From NCBI GenBank assembly GCA_038523235.1, contig JBCBJQ010000026.1, forward strand, positions 1-61,124: a DNA stretch of 61,124 bases. The letters run 5' to 3'. This DNA is from Cyanobacteria bacterium J06626_4. Its GTDB lineage: Bacteria; Cyanobacteriota; Cyanobacteriia; Phormidesmidales; Phormidesmidaceae. The translations under genes were made by a program, and so were the position numbers. The notes under the pieces are model-generated. The model ran no database searches, had not been told where the DNA came from, and worked only from the letters and a program-made list of their open reading frames with translations. Shown here piece by piece: positions 9,872 through 20,705 of this stretch. Every line of letters begins with the position of its first letter. Within the stretch, counting starts at the first letter, position 1.

Positions 9872-11314
9872 TCACGACAATCGCTCCATTTGCGGATTGC
9901 CTGAGGGCACCAGTAGAAAAATGATGCTGAGGGGCAAACAGGCGCAGAGATAAAGACCGAATCGATAGCTGCCAAACGTGGTGTTAAACAATGCCAATAA
10001 CGACGGGCCGATCGCGCTAGCGATGACTAAGGTCATCATTTCGACCCCGACGATCGCCCCCAGATGTTGCCGCCCAAAGTAGCGGGGCATCGTCACGCTC
10101 GATAAAGTGCCAAAAAAGCCGCCAGTAATGCCCAACCCGGCGATGGCGACTAGCCGCCAGGGCAGATTCTCGAGATGAGCCATGCCGATTAAGCCGATCG
10201 CCTCAAACACCATCATGGCGATAAAGAGCACCTTGAGGCGAACGCGATCGGACACGACACCAATTAAGTAGCCCGTCATGGTTGCCAGCAGACCAATCGG
10301 CAAAAAGAGTGCCACTGTTTGCTTTTGCGGCAGTCCGGCAGCGGCCCCAATATCGACTAAGTGAAAGGTGAGTCCGGTCATCGTCAACGCCTGCGATGCG
10401 AGGGCCAACGTCACCGCCCAAAAAGCGAGGGTGCGTAACGCTTCATGGCGGGTAAAGTCTCGCGTGGGCGAAAACTGTCGCTGTCCTGGTGCGGCGCGAT
10501 CGCTCGGCGGCGAGGCGGTGGAAGCGGCAGCGTCTGAGGGGGCAGGTGAAAACGCTTGGCCATCCATCACCAGATCACACTCTTCAGGATTATCGCGATA
10601 TAACAGCCAGCCGAGCGGAGCCATCCCCAGACCCACCAAGATGGCTAACGTGAGCCATGCGCCGCGCCAGCCGCCAAGATCAATAAAAAAGCTCAGCAGC
10701 AGCGGGGCTGCCGAAAACCCAAAGGAGGCAAAAATGCCTGACAGGCCAGAGGCCATGCCTCGGCGGCGATCAAACCATTTGCCCAGGGTGGTGCGGCTGA
10801 CCATGGTTAACATGCCCTGACCGCTAAAGCGCAGGCTGACAAACCCCAGACATAGCAAGATGAACGCGACGGGTTGCGCAGAGTCTAACGCCAGCAGCTC
10901 GCTTAGCCCTTGGGCCAGGCGATCGCTCACGCTCAAATACATCAGGGTCAGGGCGAGCCAGCTGGCGGCGATCACGACGACCAGCCGCGCTCCAAAGCGA
11001 TCAATGAAAACGCCGCCCATCGGCAGCAGCAGCCCGCTCGCCAGCGTGCCCATGAGGTAAGCATTGCTCAACGCCAGTCGAGATAGCCCCGTAGCGGCCA
11101 ATAAATAGTCAGTAAAGACGCTGACCCCCGCCGTTTGGCCGGGAATGCTCATCAAAATGCCGAGCGTCGTCACGCCCCAAATTACCCAGCCATAAAACAC
11201 CGGCAGGCGCTGCGGCGAGAACGGGAAGTGAGGTGCGAAGAGCTGAGTCTGATTGAGACGGTGCAGGGCAGCCGCCAGCGGTTTCAAAAGGGTCAGAGGC
11301 GAGGGTTGAGGCAA
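9872..11314 (-). CDS. MFS transporter
   Basis: About 12 hydrophobic segments; GxxxDRFGAR and WFDRRRG loop motifs. Confidence 0.9.
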   Translation of the reverse strand: MPQPSPLTLLKPLAAALHRLNQTQLFAPHFPFSPQRLPVFYGWVIWGVTTLGILMSIPGQTAGVSVFTDYLLAATGLSRLALSNAYLMGTLASGLLLPMGGVFIDRFGARLVVVIAASWLALTLMYLSVSDRLAQGLSELLALDSAQPVAFILLCLGFVSLRFSGQGMLTMVSRTTLGKWFDRRRGMASGLSGIFASFGFSAAPLLLSFFIDLGGWRGAWLTLAILVGLGMAPLGWLLYRDNPEECDLVMDGQAFSPAPSDAAASTASPPSDRAAPGQRQFSPTRDFTRHEALRTLAFWAVTLALASQALTMTGLTFHLVDIGAAAGLPQKQTVALFLPIGLLATMTGYLIGVVSDRVRLKVLFIAMMVFEAIGLIGMAHLENLPWRLVAIAGLGITGGFFGTLSSVTMPRYFGRQHLGAIVGVEMMTLVIASAIGPSLLALFNTTFGSYRFGLYLCACLPLSIIFLLVPSGNPQMERLS

Positions 11315-11751
11315 CGGTTTCCGCTGATGGATGGCTAGGTCGGGGGCTCAGAGAGCCTCGCGCCCCTGTTGAGAGTTTGACACGGTTTGCTGGCCAAGCG
11401 ACTGCCCCAACGTGACAACAGGCCCACTTGACGATGGGTGAATGGGGGGCGATCGCTGCAAGCAAGTAGGAGCCTGACGGCTCATGCCGATGCTCTGAAC
11501 CCAGACGACAAATCTGCTCCTTCGGCCCTGCGTCTCTCTGGTGTTGTCAAGCTGACCTCAAGGGTCCGAGCACTTAGCCTGGGTGTAAGGCGGGTGCTGG
11601 CAACTCATCGCCTGCACCCAAACGCATCGCAAATTGACGAAATCATCAGGCTACTTGGGATCGCTGCAACCCTTTTGGTCAGCATTGGTGGACCTCTAGC
11701 ACAACCTTAATAAAATCTAAATTTGGTATATTTGCACGCTATTTTGGGTTT

Positions 11752-13974
11752 TTGCCTTCTGTACCATCGGACAGTCAACCTCCTCAAGTGATGGATTTTA
11801 TGAGCGGAAACTCAGCCAGGCTGCAAGCAATTTCTCAGATCACTAATCGCCCTCCCATGGCCCCAGAAGCGCCTGAGGGACTGAGCGATGTGTGGGGAGA
11901 GAATGTCTTCAACCTTCCCAAAATGCAGGTGAGACTGCCAAAAGCTGTCTTTAAATCCATTAAAAAGACGATCGTCACGGGCGACAAGCTCGACCCCTCC
12001 ATTGCTGATTCTGTGGCGAGCGCAATGAAGGATTGGGCGATCTCGAAGGGGGCGCTCTACTATGCTCACGTGTTTTATCCGATGACTAACCAGACTGCCG
12101 AAAAGCACGATGGTTTTGTCTCGGTGCAGAGCGATGGCACTGCGATCGCCGAGTTTTCGGGCAAATTGTTGGCTCAAGGGGAGCCTGATGGGTCTTCGTT
12201 CCCCAACGGCGGCATTCGTGGCACCTTTGAAGCGCGGGGCTATACCGCTTGGGATGTCACCAGCCCGGCCTACATTATGGAAACGGATAACGGGGCAACG
12301 CTCTGCATTCCCACCGTATTTGTTTCGTGGACGGGAGAAGCGCTAGATAAAAAAGTACCCCTGCTGCGCTCAATTGCGGCAATGGATAAAGCGGCCAGCA
12401 AAGTGCTGAAACTCCTCGGATGTGAAGACGTGGCTCACGTCAATTCGAGCTGTGGCGCTGAGCAAGAGTATTTCTTGATCGATGCCAATTTCGTGAATCA
12501 GCGACCTGATCTGCTGCTGGCGGGTCGTACTCTATTTGGCAAGCCGCCGGCGAAAGGCCAACAGTTTGACGATCATTACTTTGGCGCGATTCCCGAGCGG
12601 GTGCAAGTCTTCATGCAAGACGTGGAAAAGTCCATGTATAAGCTGGGCATTCCCGCGAAGACTCGTCACAACGAAGTGGCTCCCGGCCAGTTTGAAATTG
12701 CCCCCGTGTTTGAGGCGGCTAACGTGGCGAGCGATCATCAGCAGATGATCATGACTTTGCTGAAGCATAAGGCGAAGAAGCATGGCTTTGTCTGCCTGCT
12801 GCACGAGAAGCCTTTCGCCGGCATTAACGGGTCGGGTAAGCACGTCAACTGGTCGGTGGGCAACGCCACCCAGGGCAACCTACTTGACCCCGGTGATTCG
12901 CCCCATGAGAATGCTCAGTTCCTGGTCTTTTGTGGTGCGGTCATTCGCTCCGTGCATAAATATGGGCCGCTGATGCGGGCCGCGATCGCCACCGCGAGTA
13001 ATGATCACCGACTCGGTGCGAACGAAGCGCCCCCGGCCATCATGTCGGTTTACTTAGGTACGCAGCTGGAAGATGTCTTTGAGCAAATTAAGCAAGGCAG
13101 TATTACTGACTCTAAGCACCGAGGCGTGCTCGATCTAGGCATTGATGTGCTGCCACCGCTGAGCAAAGATCCGGGCGATCGCAACCGCACCTCACCCTTT
13201 GCCTTTACCGGTAACCGCTTTGAGTTCCGTGCAGTGGGCTCCAATCAATCGGTCTCAGGTCCGTTGATCGTGCTGAATACGATGTTGGCCGATTCCCTCG
13301 AATGGATCGGTAACCGCCTCGAAGGTGAAATGGGTAACGGCATGGATCTCAATGCGGCGGTGCTCACCGTGTTGAAAGAAGTCATGGAAGCCCACGGCTC
13401 AGTCGTGTTTGGCGGCGACGGCTATTCCGAAGAATGGCACAAAATGGCGGTCGAAGAGCGGGGTTTGGCCAACCTGCCCACCACGGCTGATGCCCTGCCC
13501 TACCTGCAGGCAGAGTTTGTCGAAGACCTGTTCAAAAAGACGGGTGTGCTGACGCCGGTGGAGCTCGAAAGCCGCTATGAGGTTTATGCCGAGCAGTACA
13601 TTCTTTCCATTGAGGTTGAGTCGAAGCTTGTCGTTGATATGGCTAAGACCTCTATCTACCCGATCGCGGTGGATTATTTGGCGAAATTGTCTTCGACGAT
13701 TACCGCTCTGTCGGGCATGGGAGTCACCCTCGACAAAGAGAGTGCGGAAACGGTTGCTGGCTTGACTGGCTCGATGATGGCATCCGTTAAAAAGCTGAGT
13801 GAAGCGATGACGAAGCATGACTTTGCTGACACCGCAGCGCACATGAAATACTGTGCCGAAACCATTCGTCCGTTGATGGATGAGGTGCGTGAGTATGTCG
13901 ACGCGCTGGAAGGTGAAATTCATGATGCTGACTGGCCGCTACCTACCTATCAGGAGATGCTGTTTATCAAGTAA
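11752..13974 (+). CDS. glnN: Glutamine synthetase type III
   Basis: [47 protein letters not shown] and WPLPTY motifs; likely start ATG 11791 or 11800. Confidence 0.95.
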   Translation: MPSVPSDSQPPQVMDFMSGNSARLQAISQITNRPPMAPEAPEGLSDVWGENVFNLPKMQVRLPKAVFKSIKKTIVTGDKLDPSIADSVASAMKDWAISKGALYYAHVFYPMTNQTAEKHDGFVSVQSDGTAIAEFSGKLLAQGEPDGSSFPNGGIRGTFEARGYTAWDVTSPAYIMETDNGATLCIPTVFVSWTGEALDKKVPLLRSIAAMDKAASKVLKLLGCEDVAHVNSSCGAEQEYFLIDANFVNQRPDLLLAGRTLFGKPPAKGQQFDDHYFGAIPERVQVFMQDVEKSMYKLGIPAKTRHNEVAPGQFEIAPVFEAANVASDHQQMIMTLLKHKAKKHGFVCLLHEKPFAGINGSGKHVNWSVGNATQGNLLDPGDSPHENAQFLVFCGAVIRSVHKYGPLMRAAIATASNDHRLGANEAPPAIMSVYLGTQLEDVFEQIKQGSITDSKHRGVLDLGIDVLPPLSKDPGDRNRTSPFAFTGNRFEFRAVGSNQSVSGPLIVLNTMLADSLEWIGNRLEGEMGNGMDLNAAVLTVLKEVMEAHGSVVFGGDGYSEEWHKMAVEERGLANLPTTADALPYLQAEFVEDLFKKTGVLTPVELESRYEVYAEQYILSIEVESKLVVDMAKTSIYPIAVDYLAKLSSTITALSGMGVTLDKESAETVAGLTGSMMASVKKLSEAMTKHDFADTAAHMKYCAETIRPLMDEVREYVDALEGEIHDADWPLPTYQEMLFIK

Positions 13975-14003
13975 GTCTTGAGGTGACCGCTCAAATATGG
14001 CTA

Positions 14004-14040
14004 GAGGAGGTAAGGGTGTAGCGCCCTTACCTCTTTTTTT
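14004..14040 (+). terminator. Rho-independent terminator of glnN
   Basis: GAGGTAAGGGTG-tag-CGCCCTTACCTC hairpin followed by a T run. Confidence 0.85.
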
Positions 14041-14099
14041 GCGCACTTGAGCAATGTCTCGCCCTACGGAGTCACGGTCAAACCTTTGAGGAGATTTAT

Positions 14100-14240
14100 T
14101 GACCGAGCGCAGTCGTACGCTACATGGCTCCCTTCGACTCCGCTCAAGGAACGTCGGCGGAGCGGAGTCGTTCGCATCGCGTCTCCCTTAGGGAGAAAGC
14201 CGACTTGCATGTGTAGCTGTAATTTGTAGAACTGGTATTA
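14100..14240. repeat. Composite short palindromic / MITE-like repeat
   Basis: Perfect inverted repeat CGACTCCGCTC (14135) / GAGCGGAGTCG (14160), TCTCCCTTAGGGAGA hairpin, outer GCTACA/TGTAGC, end GAACTGGTATTA. Confidence 0.6.
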
Positions 14241-14269
14241 GGACTGTTTCGAAGAATTGGGTTCTGTCT

Positions 14270-14307
14270 AAAAAATCGCCCTAACTCTCTGTGAAAGTCA
14301 GGGCGAT
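14270..14307 (-). terminator. Rho-independent terminator of 14349..14738
   Basis: Minus strand ATCGCCCTGACT...AGTTAGGGCGAT followed by TTTTT. Confidence 0.75.
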
Positions 14308-14348
14308 GCTAGCAAGGTTGAGTTTTTTTTAGAGTCGTCGCGACCGAG

Positions 14349-14738
14349 TTAGGCGAGAGTCTCTGGGCAGTAGCCTAAGCCCATGACGAACTGATTGCGA
14401 AAGGCTTCAATTTCTTCTCGTTCGGGTCGACCGTGGGAGACGACGGCGACCTGATAGCGACGCATCACATCGACAGGAGACTGACCGGTTTCTAAAGCCC
14501 AAAGTGCCATTCTCAAACGGATATTGGGCTCGTGGGGAATGCCCAGTTCGTTGAGATAAGCGCGAAAATCTTCTGCTGTCTCTGCTTCGATGTGGTCGTG
14601 CATTCTGACCTTGATGACCCAGCCATCGATTTGGTGAATGACGGTGAGCCACGACAAGGGCAAAGTGGGCGCGTTCAACAAATGCTCCACAATCCGTAGG
14701 GTCAGACTAGCGTTACCGAGGTGATAAATGAAGTCCAT
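14349..14738 (-). CDS. Conserved cyanobacterial hypothetical protein
   Basis: [15 protein letters not shown] and [10 protein letters not shown] motifs recalled from a cyanobacterial family; has its own terminator. Confidence 0.75.
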   Translation of the reverse strand: MDFIYHLGNASLTLRIVEHLLNAPTLPLSWLTVIHQIDGWVIKVRMHDHIEAETAEDFRAYLNELGIPHEPNIRLRMALWALETGQSPVDVMRRYQVAVVSHGRPEREEIEAFRNQFVMGLGYCPETLA

Positions 14739-14849
14739 GGGGACCCTCCGAGGAATGCGATATCTACATTGTCGGGATTTCGTCCGTTTCTCAACACTGT
14801 GAAACTCCCCGCATTACTATGGGGGTTCTACCCAATTACCTCTAGATCT

Positions 14850-15929
14850 ATGGGTGCGTCTTCAGAACCAGATTTACAGTTAGCGGCTTATCACTACCCT
14901 CTACCCCCCGAGCGCATTGCGCAAGATCCCGCCGAACCTCGTGATCATGCGCGCCTGCTGACGGTTACATCACCGACGGAATTTGCCCACCATCACGTCT
15001 ATGACCTGCCAGAGCTGCTGCAACCTGGCGATTTGCTCGTGCTCAACAATACGAAGGTGCTGCCGGCGCGGCTATTGGGTCAAAAGCCGGGTGGGGCGGC
15101 AGTCGAGATTTTGCTGTTAGAGGAGCGATCGCCCCTACAGTGGCTGGCCTTGGTGAAGCCTGGCAAGCGCCTCAAGCCTGGTGCGAAAATAAACTTTGGC
15201 GCTGATCCGACCCAACCGGATTTAGTGGCAGAGGTGTTGGACTATGACCCTGAAACGAACGGGCGCATTCTGCAATTTACGATCGCCGGCTCAGACTCGT
15301 TCTATCAGGTGTGCGATCGCTTGGGTGAGATGCCGCTACCGCCCTACATTACCGATTCGACTGCCCCCAGCGATCGCTATCAAACCATCTACGCTGAGCG
15401 CCTGGGGGCTGTAGCCGCACCAACGGCGGGGCTACACTTCACTCCCGAATTGTTTAAGCGGCTGGAGGATAAGGGCATTGATCGCGCCTTCATCACGCTG
15501 CACGTGGGCATTGGCACCTTTCGCCCAGTGGAAACGGCCACCATCACTGACCACACGATGCATGCCGAGTGGCTCGATGTGTCCGCCCCTACAGTGGAAA
15601 AGATTGCCCAGACCAAAGCTCAAGGAGGCCGCGTGATCGCGGTCGGTACGACGGTCACGCGCGCGCTCGAAGGCGCGGCCCAGCAAGGGGGACTGCAGCC
15701 TTGGCAGGGCAAGACCAATCTCTTTATCTATCCGGGCTATCAATGGCAAGTCGTGGATGGTCTGCTCACCAACTTTCACCTGCCAGAGTCGAGCTTGATG
15801 ATGTTGGTCAGCGCGCTGATTGGCCGCCAACGGCTGCTGGATCTGTATGCCACAGCGGTGGAAACCGCGTATCGGTTCTATTCGTTTGGCGATGCGATGA
15901 TAATTTTGCCCGAGGGGTGGCAAGGGTAA
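14850..15929 (+). CDS. queA: S-adenosylmethionine:tRNA ribosyltransferase-isomerase
   Basis: [35 protein letters not shown] and [10 protein letters not shown] motifs; start placed at ATG 14850 because the longer ORF overlaps the divergent gene. Confidence 0.95.
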   Translation: MGASSEPDLQLAAYHYPLPPERIAQDPAEPRDHARLLTVTSPTEFAHHHVYDLPELLQPGDLLVLNNTKVLPARLLGQKPGGAAVEILLLEERSPLQWLALVKPGKRLKPGAKINFGADPTQPDLVAEVLDYDPETNGRILQFTIAGSDSFYQVCDRLGEMPLPPYITDSTAPSDRYQTIYAERLGAVAAPTAGLHFTPELFKRLEDKGIDRAFITLHVGIGTFRPVETATITDHTMHAEWLDVSAPTVEKIAQTKAQGGRVIAVGTTVTRALEGAAQQGGLQPWQGKTNLFIYPGYQWQVVDGLLTNFHLPESSLMMLVSALIGRQRLLDLYATAVETAYRFYSFGDAMIILPEGWQG

Positions 15930-16038
15930 TGATGCCGCGATCTAGGCGGCGGGGCGACGCATGCGCGGTGTCACTTTTGCGGAGCTAGCCATCACTCGGA
16001 ACGCGAATGCGCCGCCCTAACGGGTGGCAGTGGTGAAG

Positions 16039-16266
16039 TTAGGTCTCCTCTTTGGGGGAGGGTGGTGGGTCCCCAATTTCTGCACTTTGGCCGCGCACCG
16101 GAGGCAATTTATCGACCAGGCCCATCTCAAAGGCGGTATCGGGCAGTTCGCCCGCGAGATATTTCCCTGGTTCAAACATGCGGCCTGGGGTAAAACACAT
16201 TTGCCGAAGTTCAACTACTTCGGTTTCTAAAAACATAGTGCGAGAGAGGCGGCGTTCTAAGGGCAT
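16039..16266 (-). CDS. Small hypothetical protein directly downstream of raf1
   Basis: ATG 9 nt after the raf1 stop on the same strand; 75 aa with protein-like composition. Confidence 0.6.
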   Translation of the reverse strand: MPLERRLSRTMFLETEVVELRQMCFTPGRMFEPGKYLAGELPDTAFEMGLVDKLPPVRGQSAEIGDPPPSPKEET

Positions 16267-16275
16267 CGGTTCAGC

Positions 16276-17352
16276 TTATTCTTCAAATTGGAATAGTTCG
16301 CGGGTGTAGTTTTCATCCAAAATGCGCTTGGGACGCAGGACGACGAGCAGTTTGCCCAGCAGCTTGACATCAGTGGGCGGCTGCATTAGCCAGACGACGG
16401 CAACTGTACCTGCCTGATCGATTAAAAAATAGCTGTCAACATCCCAGGTACGTTCAGCGCGATCGACTACTAGCAGAACTGGTTCAGGATTGTCTGGGTT
16501 TTGCACATTGGGCAGCTGGTTGGGCTTCGCCAAAATGGCGAGAGGGTCTTCTGCCGTCAATAGCACCTGCCAACCCGGCAGGGGTGCCCAAGCTGACGGC
16601 CCGGCACATTGCACCGTGCCAAAGGGCGCTTCGGACACTACCACCGGCACCGCTTGAAAATCATCAGTACTCAGGGGCAATTCCCCCACGAGGGGAATCA
16701 GCAGAGGGAGTTCGGAATCCGTTTCAAGCCGATAGGCGGGCAACGTTGGCGCGGGTCGCGACTTCACCACGCTAAAGTCGGTGAGCAGTTGCTCCACCTG
16801 TTGGCGGGCACTATCGCTCGTGGCAAACCGCAGCGCTTGGGCAATCAGTCGCGATCGCGCCTGCAAATCTGACTGCTGGCGAGCGAGCTTCCAGGCGTGA
16901 TAGGCGACGGCATCGCCTCCCGTGCCAGTAAACCCAGCGGGCGGCTCTTTGAAGTAGGAATACTCTTTGAGCGCTTTGACGACGTCTTTGATCGTGTCGG
17001 CATCTAAGTCGTGCTGCAGCGCCAGTTCGGCGGCGCGGACGCGATCGCTTTGGGCCAACACTCGCAGCTCGTACAAGATATCGCTGCCCCGCTGCTGAAA
17101 GTGGGTTTGAACGGCGTCAGGCGCTGCGGCTTTCACCAAAGACGCAAATACCTGAGCGGCGACAATGACTTGGTTTTGCTGGGTAGCCTCAAAGCCAGTT
17201 TCTTCAAAGATTTTTTGCGGGTTCATTCCCGACTTTTGCAGTGTTTGACAGGCGTTGCCCCATGCCACCCAGCCGCCCTGTTTACGCCGGAGTTGAAGGA
17301 TCAAAGCATCCACATCAACCGGTTGATTTGTCGAGGGGTCAGAAGAGGCCAT
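16276..17352 (-). CDS. raf1: Rubisco accumulation factor 1
   Basis: LRRKQGGWVAWG, IFEETGFE..QQNQVIVAAQV, GSDILYELR, LRPKRILDE and an acidic F-E-E tail. Confidence 0.92.
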   Translation of the reverse strand: MASSDPSTNQPVDVDALILQLRRKQGGWVAWGNACQTLQKSGMNPQKIFEETGFEATQQNQVIVAAQVFASLVKAAAPDAVQTHFQQRGSDILYELRVLAQSDRVRAAELALQHDLDADTIKDVVKALKEYSYFKEPPAGFTGTGGDAVAYHAWKLARQQSDLQARSRLIAQALRFATSDSARQQVEQLLTDFSVVKSRPAPTLPAYRLETDSELPLLIPLVGELPLSTDDFQAVPVVVSEAPFGTVQCAGPSAWAPLPGWQVLLTAEDPLAILAKPNQLPNVQNPDNPEPVLLVVDRAERTWDVDSYFLIDQAGTVAVVWLMQPPTDVKLLGKLLVVLRPKRILDENYTRELFQFEE

Positions 17353-17482
17353 ACGTGCGGTGTGAAGGACTGCGATCGAACTGTCCTGACTCTAGCGTGT
17401 TTCAGCGGGGGGGTATCGTTAATTTCTTTATAGAGCTTGACGCTAGCTGCCTTTGCAGGGCAAGATGAATATCGCATTAGGC

Positions 17483-17555
17483 GGGGCTATAGCTCAGTTG
17501 GTAGAGCACTTGAATGGCATTCAAGGGGTCAGCGGTTCGAATCCGCTTAGCTCCA
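17483..17555 (+). tRNA. tRNA-Ala(GGC), CCA not encoded
   Basis: 73-nt cloverleaf GGGGCTA...TAGCTCCA, G3:U70 pair, anticodon loop AT-GGC-AT, T-loop GTTCGAATC. Confidence 0.97.
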
Positions 17556-17835
17556 TTTTAATTGGTGAGCATTATGCCTTTGGCATGGAACATCGGCTAT
17601 CCATCGAGACCAAGTCATCAAGGCATGGGAGAGGCGGGAATTTTTTGCACCGCATGCTTGAGTTTTGAGTGGTATGGCAGTGAGCCATCAGTCTTGTAGG
17701 GTGGGTCAACTTTCCTAACGATCACTGACAATCTCGTCCAGAGGCATGTCCGACCCACCGCCCTCAAGTAGCTTGTGACGGCACCTTTCTCAGAGGGTGG
17801 AGCACGGAACCACAACGTCTGCCGAGTTAACCAGT

Positions 17836-19473
17836 CTATTCTTTTGCGGCTTGGATGAGCTTGAGGGCCTGATCTAAAACTTCGACAGCTTTGTCTTGGT
17901 CTACATCAGCGCTACCAAACCAACGCTGCCAAGCAGTCGCCAGCCGCCCCCATAGAGAGGGCGAGGCAGGATCAGCAGTTGGGCCAGTATATTGATCCGC
18001 GATCGCCATCAGAGCACTCGCTTGAATCTGCGGTTCGGTAATGGTTTGAGCCAGCGCTAATGCCTGGTCAAACTCACCTTGCTGCGCAAATTCAGTTACT
18101 GTACACTGCCGCAGCCAGTTCTCTGATGAAGAACTGAGTTCCAGCAGGGGGATCACTTTTTCTGGCAGACCCGCGCTACAGTAGGTCGCGCCCACTTCTG
18201 GCAAAGCTGTTTTGAGCAGATCAGGCTGTTGGGCCAGGTCGGCGGCGGCGGCATATTGCTCAGTGGCTAAGTAGGCGCGCACCAGACTGCGCCGAGCCGA
18301 CTCAGGATTGCCGATTGACTGGACGAGAGTGTTGGCCGCATCGACCGACCCTGATCGCGCATAGGCGACGGCGATCGCTTCATAGGCTCGCTGCCGCTCC
18401 GAGACATTGTCGATCGCTTGCGCCAGCGCTTTAGCCTGATCAAAGTCACCGATAGCCGCGTAGCCCTGCACGATTCTCGCCTGGGCAAACGCCATGTTGG
18501 GAGCCTCTAACGTCGCTGATAAGTCTTGGGCCTGGGCCAAACTGGCGGTAGCTTGGCGGCTATCGAGTCGGTGGTAGAGCTGAGCTGCTTCTACCCAGGT
18601 CTGAATCGTTTCGAGCGGATCAGCCGCAGAGGGTTGAATTTGGGGAACGATTGCTGCGAGTAACGACTGGGCCTGTTGGGGCTGTTCTAAATCAATCAAA
18701 AGTCGGGCAATCATCAACAAGGGACCGATATCAACTGCTGTCGGATCAGGAGTTTGGGCCAGCTCAGTCAGCTGGTTCGAGACGAGTTCACTCTGCTCAA
18801 TGACAAATTGGGCGAGGTCTGGGTGCTCTGCCTCGATGAGCAAAGCGGCCATGCCTCTTGGTATCCCGTTTGAGACCCAAGCCAGGTCAGCGGCGGCCTG
18901 ACTGTCGGTAGTTTGAGCGACTAAGGCTTGATGATCCGCGATCGCCTCGGCCAGCACTTGTTTAGCCGCTCGCGATTGACCGGCGGCGGCATAGTATCCG
19001 GCAATCTCAGCCAGGGTCAACGGCGTCAGCAAGTGCTCGTTGAGGTCAGCAACTTGCCGAGCTAAGTCTAAATGACCGGCGGCGGCGTACTCCTTAGCAC
19101 GATTCAGCACCGATTCAAGTGGTGAGGTACTGCTACCGTAGCAGTCTGTTGCGGTTTTCTCAATTGCTGACTCAGCCGCCTGGGTCAAGAATTTCTCCCC
19201 GGCGGCGAGGTCGCCAGCGGTCTGATAAGCGACGCCAATTCTGAGCCACACGTTCGCTTCAAAACAGTCGCCACCGGTATAGGTCTCAGCTTCTTGAAGC
19301 AGGGCGATCGCCCGGTCAGTTTGGTCGGCTTGAGCATAGCCAAAAGCAAGAGTGGCGAGCTGGTTGGCTTGCCCCCGGTCGGCTGACTGGGCTTGGGCGG
19401 GATGACTGAAGCACACTAGGGCCACGGCAGCTAAACCGTACCTGAGCTGAGATTTCCGAGCAGCTATAACCAT
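17836..19473 (-). CDS. Secreted TPR-like helical repeat protein
   Basis: Signal peptide (..PAQA|QS), Ala-rich repeats such as IAxxYAxxGxxDxA. Confidence 0.75.
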   Translation of the reverse strand: MVIAARKSQLRYGLAAVALVCFSHPAQAQSADRGQANQLATLAFGYAQADQTDRAIALLQEAETYTGGDCFEANVWLRIGVAYQTAGDLAAGEKFLTQAAESAIEKTATDCYGSSTSPLESVLNRAKEYAAAGHLDLARQVADLNEHLLTPLTLAEIAGYYAAAGQSRAAKQVLAEAIADHQALVAQTTDSQAAADLAWVSNGIPRGMAALLIEAEHPDLAQFVIEQSELVSNQLTELAQTPDPTAVDIGPLLMIARLLIDLEQPQQAQSLLAAIVPQIQPSAADPLETIQTWVEAAQLYHRLDSRQATASLAQAQDLSATLEAPNMAFAQARIVQGYAAIGDFDQAKALAQAIDNVSERQRAYEAIAVAYARSGSVDAANTLVQSIGNPESARRSLVRAYLATEQYAAAADLAQQPDLLKTALPEVGATYCSAGLPEKVIPLLELSSSSENWLRQCTVTEFAQQGEFDQALALAQTITEPQIQASALMAIADQYTGPTADPASPSLWGRLATAWQRWFGSADVDQDKAVEVLDQALKLIQAAKE

Positions 19474-19636
19474 GACAAATCACGCGTAAACGTTAAGAGC
19501 AAGAGCTTGTCTCTCTTTACAGGCGAGATTGACCGCCTCAGATGACTGACAGAATTGATTGCCTGGCTCAGTGTGCCAGTGCTCATCATTGCTCAAGTTC
19601 CTAGGGTGATCGACGGTTGTCAGACTGGGAATGTGC

Positions 19637-20548
19637 CTAAAGGTCAGCGAGGCGAGCGCAGGTGGCTTCGATGCTAGCGAGCCCACCGGGGTTGACTAGA
19701 CCAAAGTAGTCAAAGGTATAAACGGCATCGGTTTGCGTGGCTGCGAGCTGACCCCAAAAGGCATCTTCCTTGAGCTGACTCAACAGGTCATCTTCCGTTT
19801 GCACAACGATGAGTGCTTCGGGGTTTGAGGTCAGCACTTTTTCTTCTGACAGGGTGACGTAGCCATCAAAGGGGCTTTCACCCTGCAGCTCCGCCGTCAG
19901 GTTAGGAATGTTGAACTGAGCTAAAAAATCGCCCGCCCAGCTGGCTTGATTCGGCGATAGCAGCGGCTGGCGGCTGACTAAGACTAAAGTGCTCGGTGCC
20001 GTTTCCGGCGCTTTCGCCAAGCAGGCGTCATACCGAGTCAGCAAGGGTTCGGGGTCAGTGCCCAGGCGCTGAGCCAGATCCTCGGTCGTGGTTCTGAGGG
20101 CCGCCCAACTGTCCACATTGACGGTGAGCGTTTCAATACCCAGTTCCGTCATGCGATCGAGGGTTTTGTCGTGAAAGCCTGCCGCGCCAATGACGAGATC
20201 GGGCTCTAGCGCCACAATTTTTTCCAAGTCGGGTTCTAGGCGACCTTCGCTGACCACTTCGATACCGGCAAAGCGATCGCCCTCGCGCAATAGGGAACTG
20301 CCAGGAATACCCACCAACGCGTCAGCCTCCAGCGTTTGGATAATATCCGCTGTAAGGGAGGTGAGGGCCACCACTTGCGGCACCTCGGTTGCCGGAATGG
20401 CAGCAGTCTCCTCGGGTTCGCTCAGCTCGCTAGCCGCCGGTGCGGGGGTGGCCTCTTCGAATTCGGGCGGGCTAGAGCAGGCTGCGATCGCCCCTACCAG
20501 TAACCCACCGATGCTGCGTATCCACCATTTCGTAGTCATTTGTGTCAC
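19637..20548 (-). CDS. Iron-chelate ABC transporter substrate-binding lipoprotein
   Basis: Lipobox IAAC, PDLEKIVALEPDLVIG motif, lies in the receptor cluster. Confidence 0.9.
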   Translation of the reverse strand: MTQMTTKWWIRSIGGLLVGAIAACSSPPEFEEATPAPAASELSEPEETAAIPATEVPQVVALTSLTADIIQTLEADALVGIPGSSLLREGDRFAGIEVVSEGRLEPDLEKIVALEPDLVIGAAGFHDKTLDRMTELGIETLTVNVDSWAALRTTTEDLAQRLGTDPEPLLTRYDACLAKAPETAPSTLVLVSRQPLLSPNQASWAGDFLAQFNIPNLTAELQGESPFDGYVTLSEEKVLTSNPEALIVVQTEDDLLSQLKEDAFWGQLAATQTDAVYTFDYFGLVNPGGLASIEATCARLADL

Positions 20549-20705
20549 CTCTGAATGTTGTGTCTGAAAACTGTGCTTGATGAAAATGGCTGAACAATGG
20601 CGGGGGTGATCGGGCCTTGAATACCGCGCTGTTAAAGCAGCCGAGTTTCCCTCTCACCCCCCAATCCGGCATCTCATACCGTTTACCTTGCACCCCTGAC
20701 CCTGC

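Noticed and set aside
11340..11790. Glutamine riboswitch or canonical NtcA box upstream of glnN
   Set aside because: I found no GTA-N8-TAC and no glnA-riboswitch core; only weak partial matches
17453..17668. 71-aa ORF in the track
   Set aside because: It overlaps tRNA-Ala and is a shadow ORF
17556..17835. Integrative element at tRNA-Ala
   Set aside because: No integrase nearby and I saw no duplicated tRNA 3' end in the window
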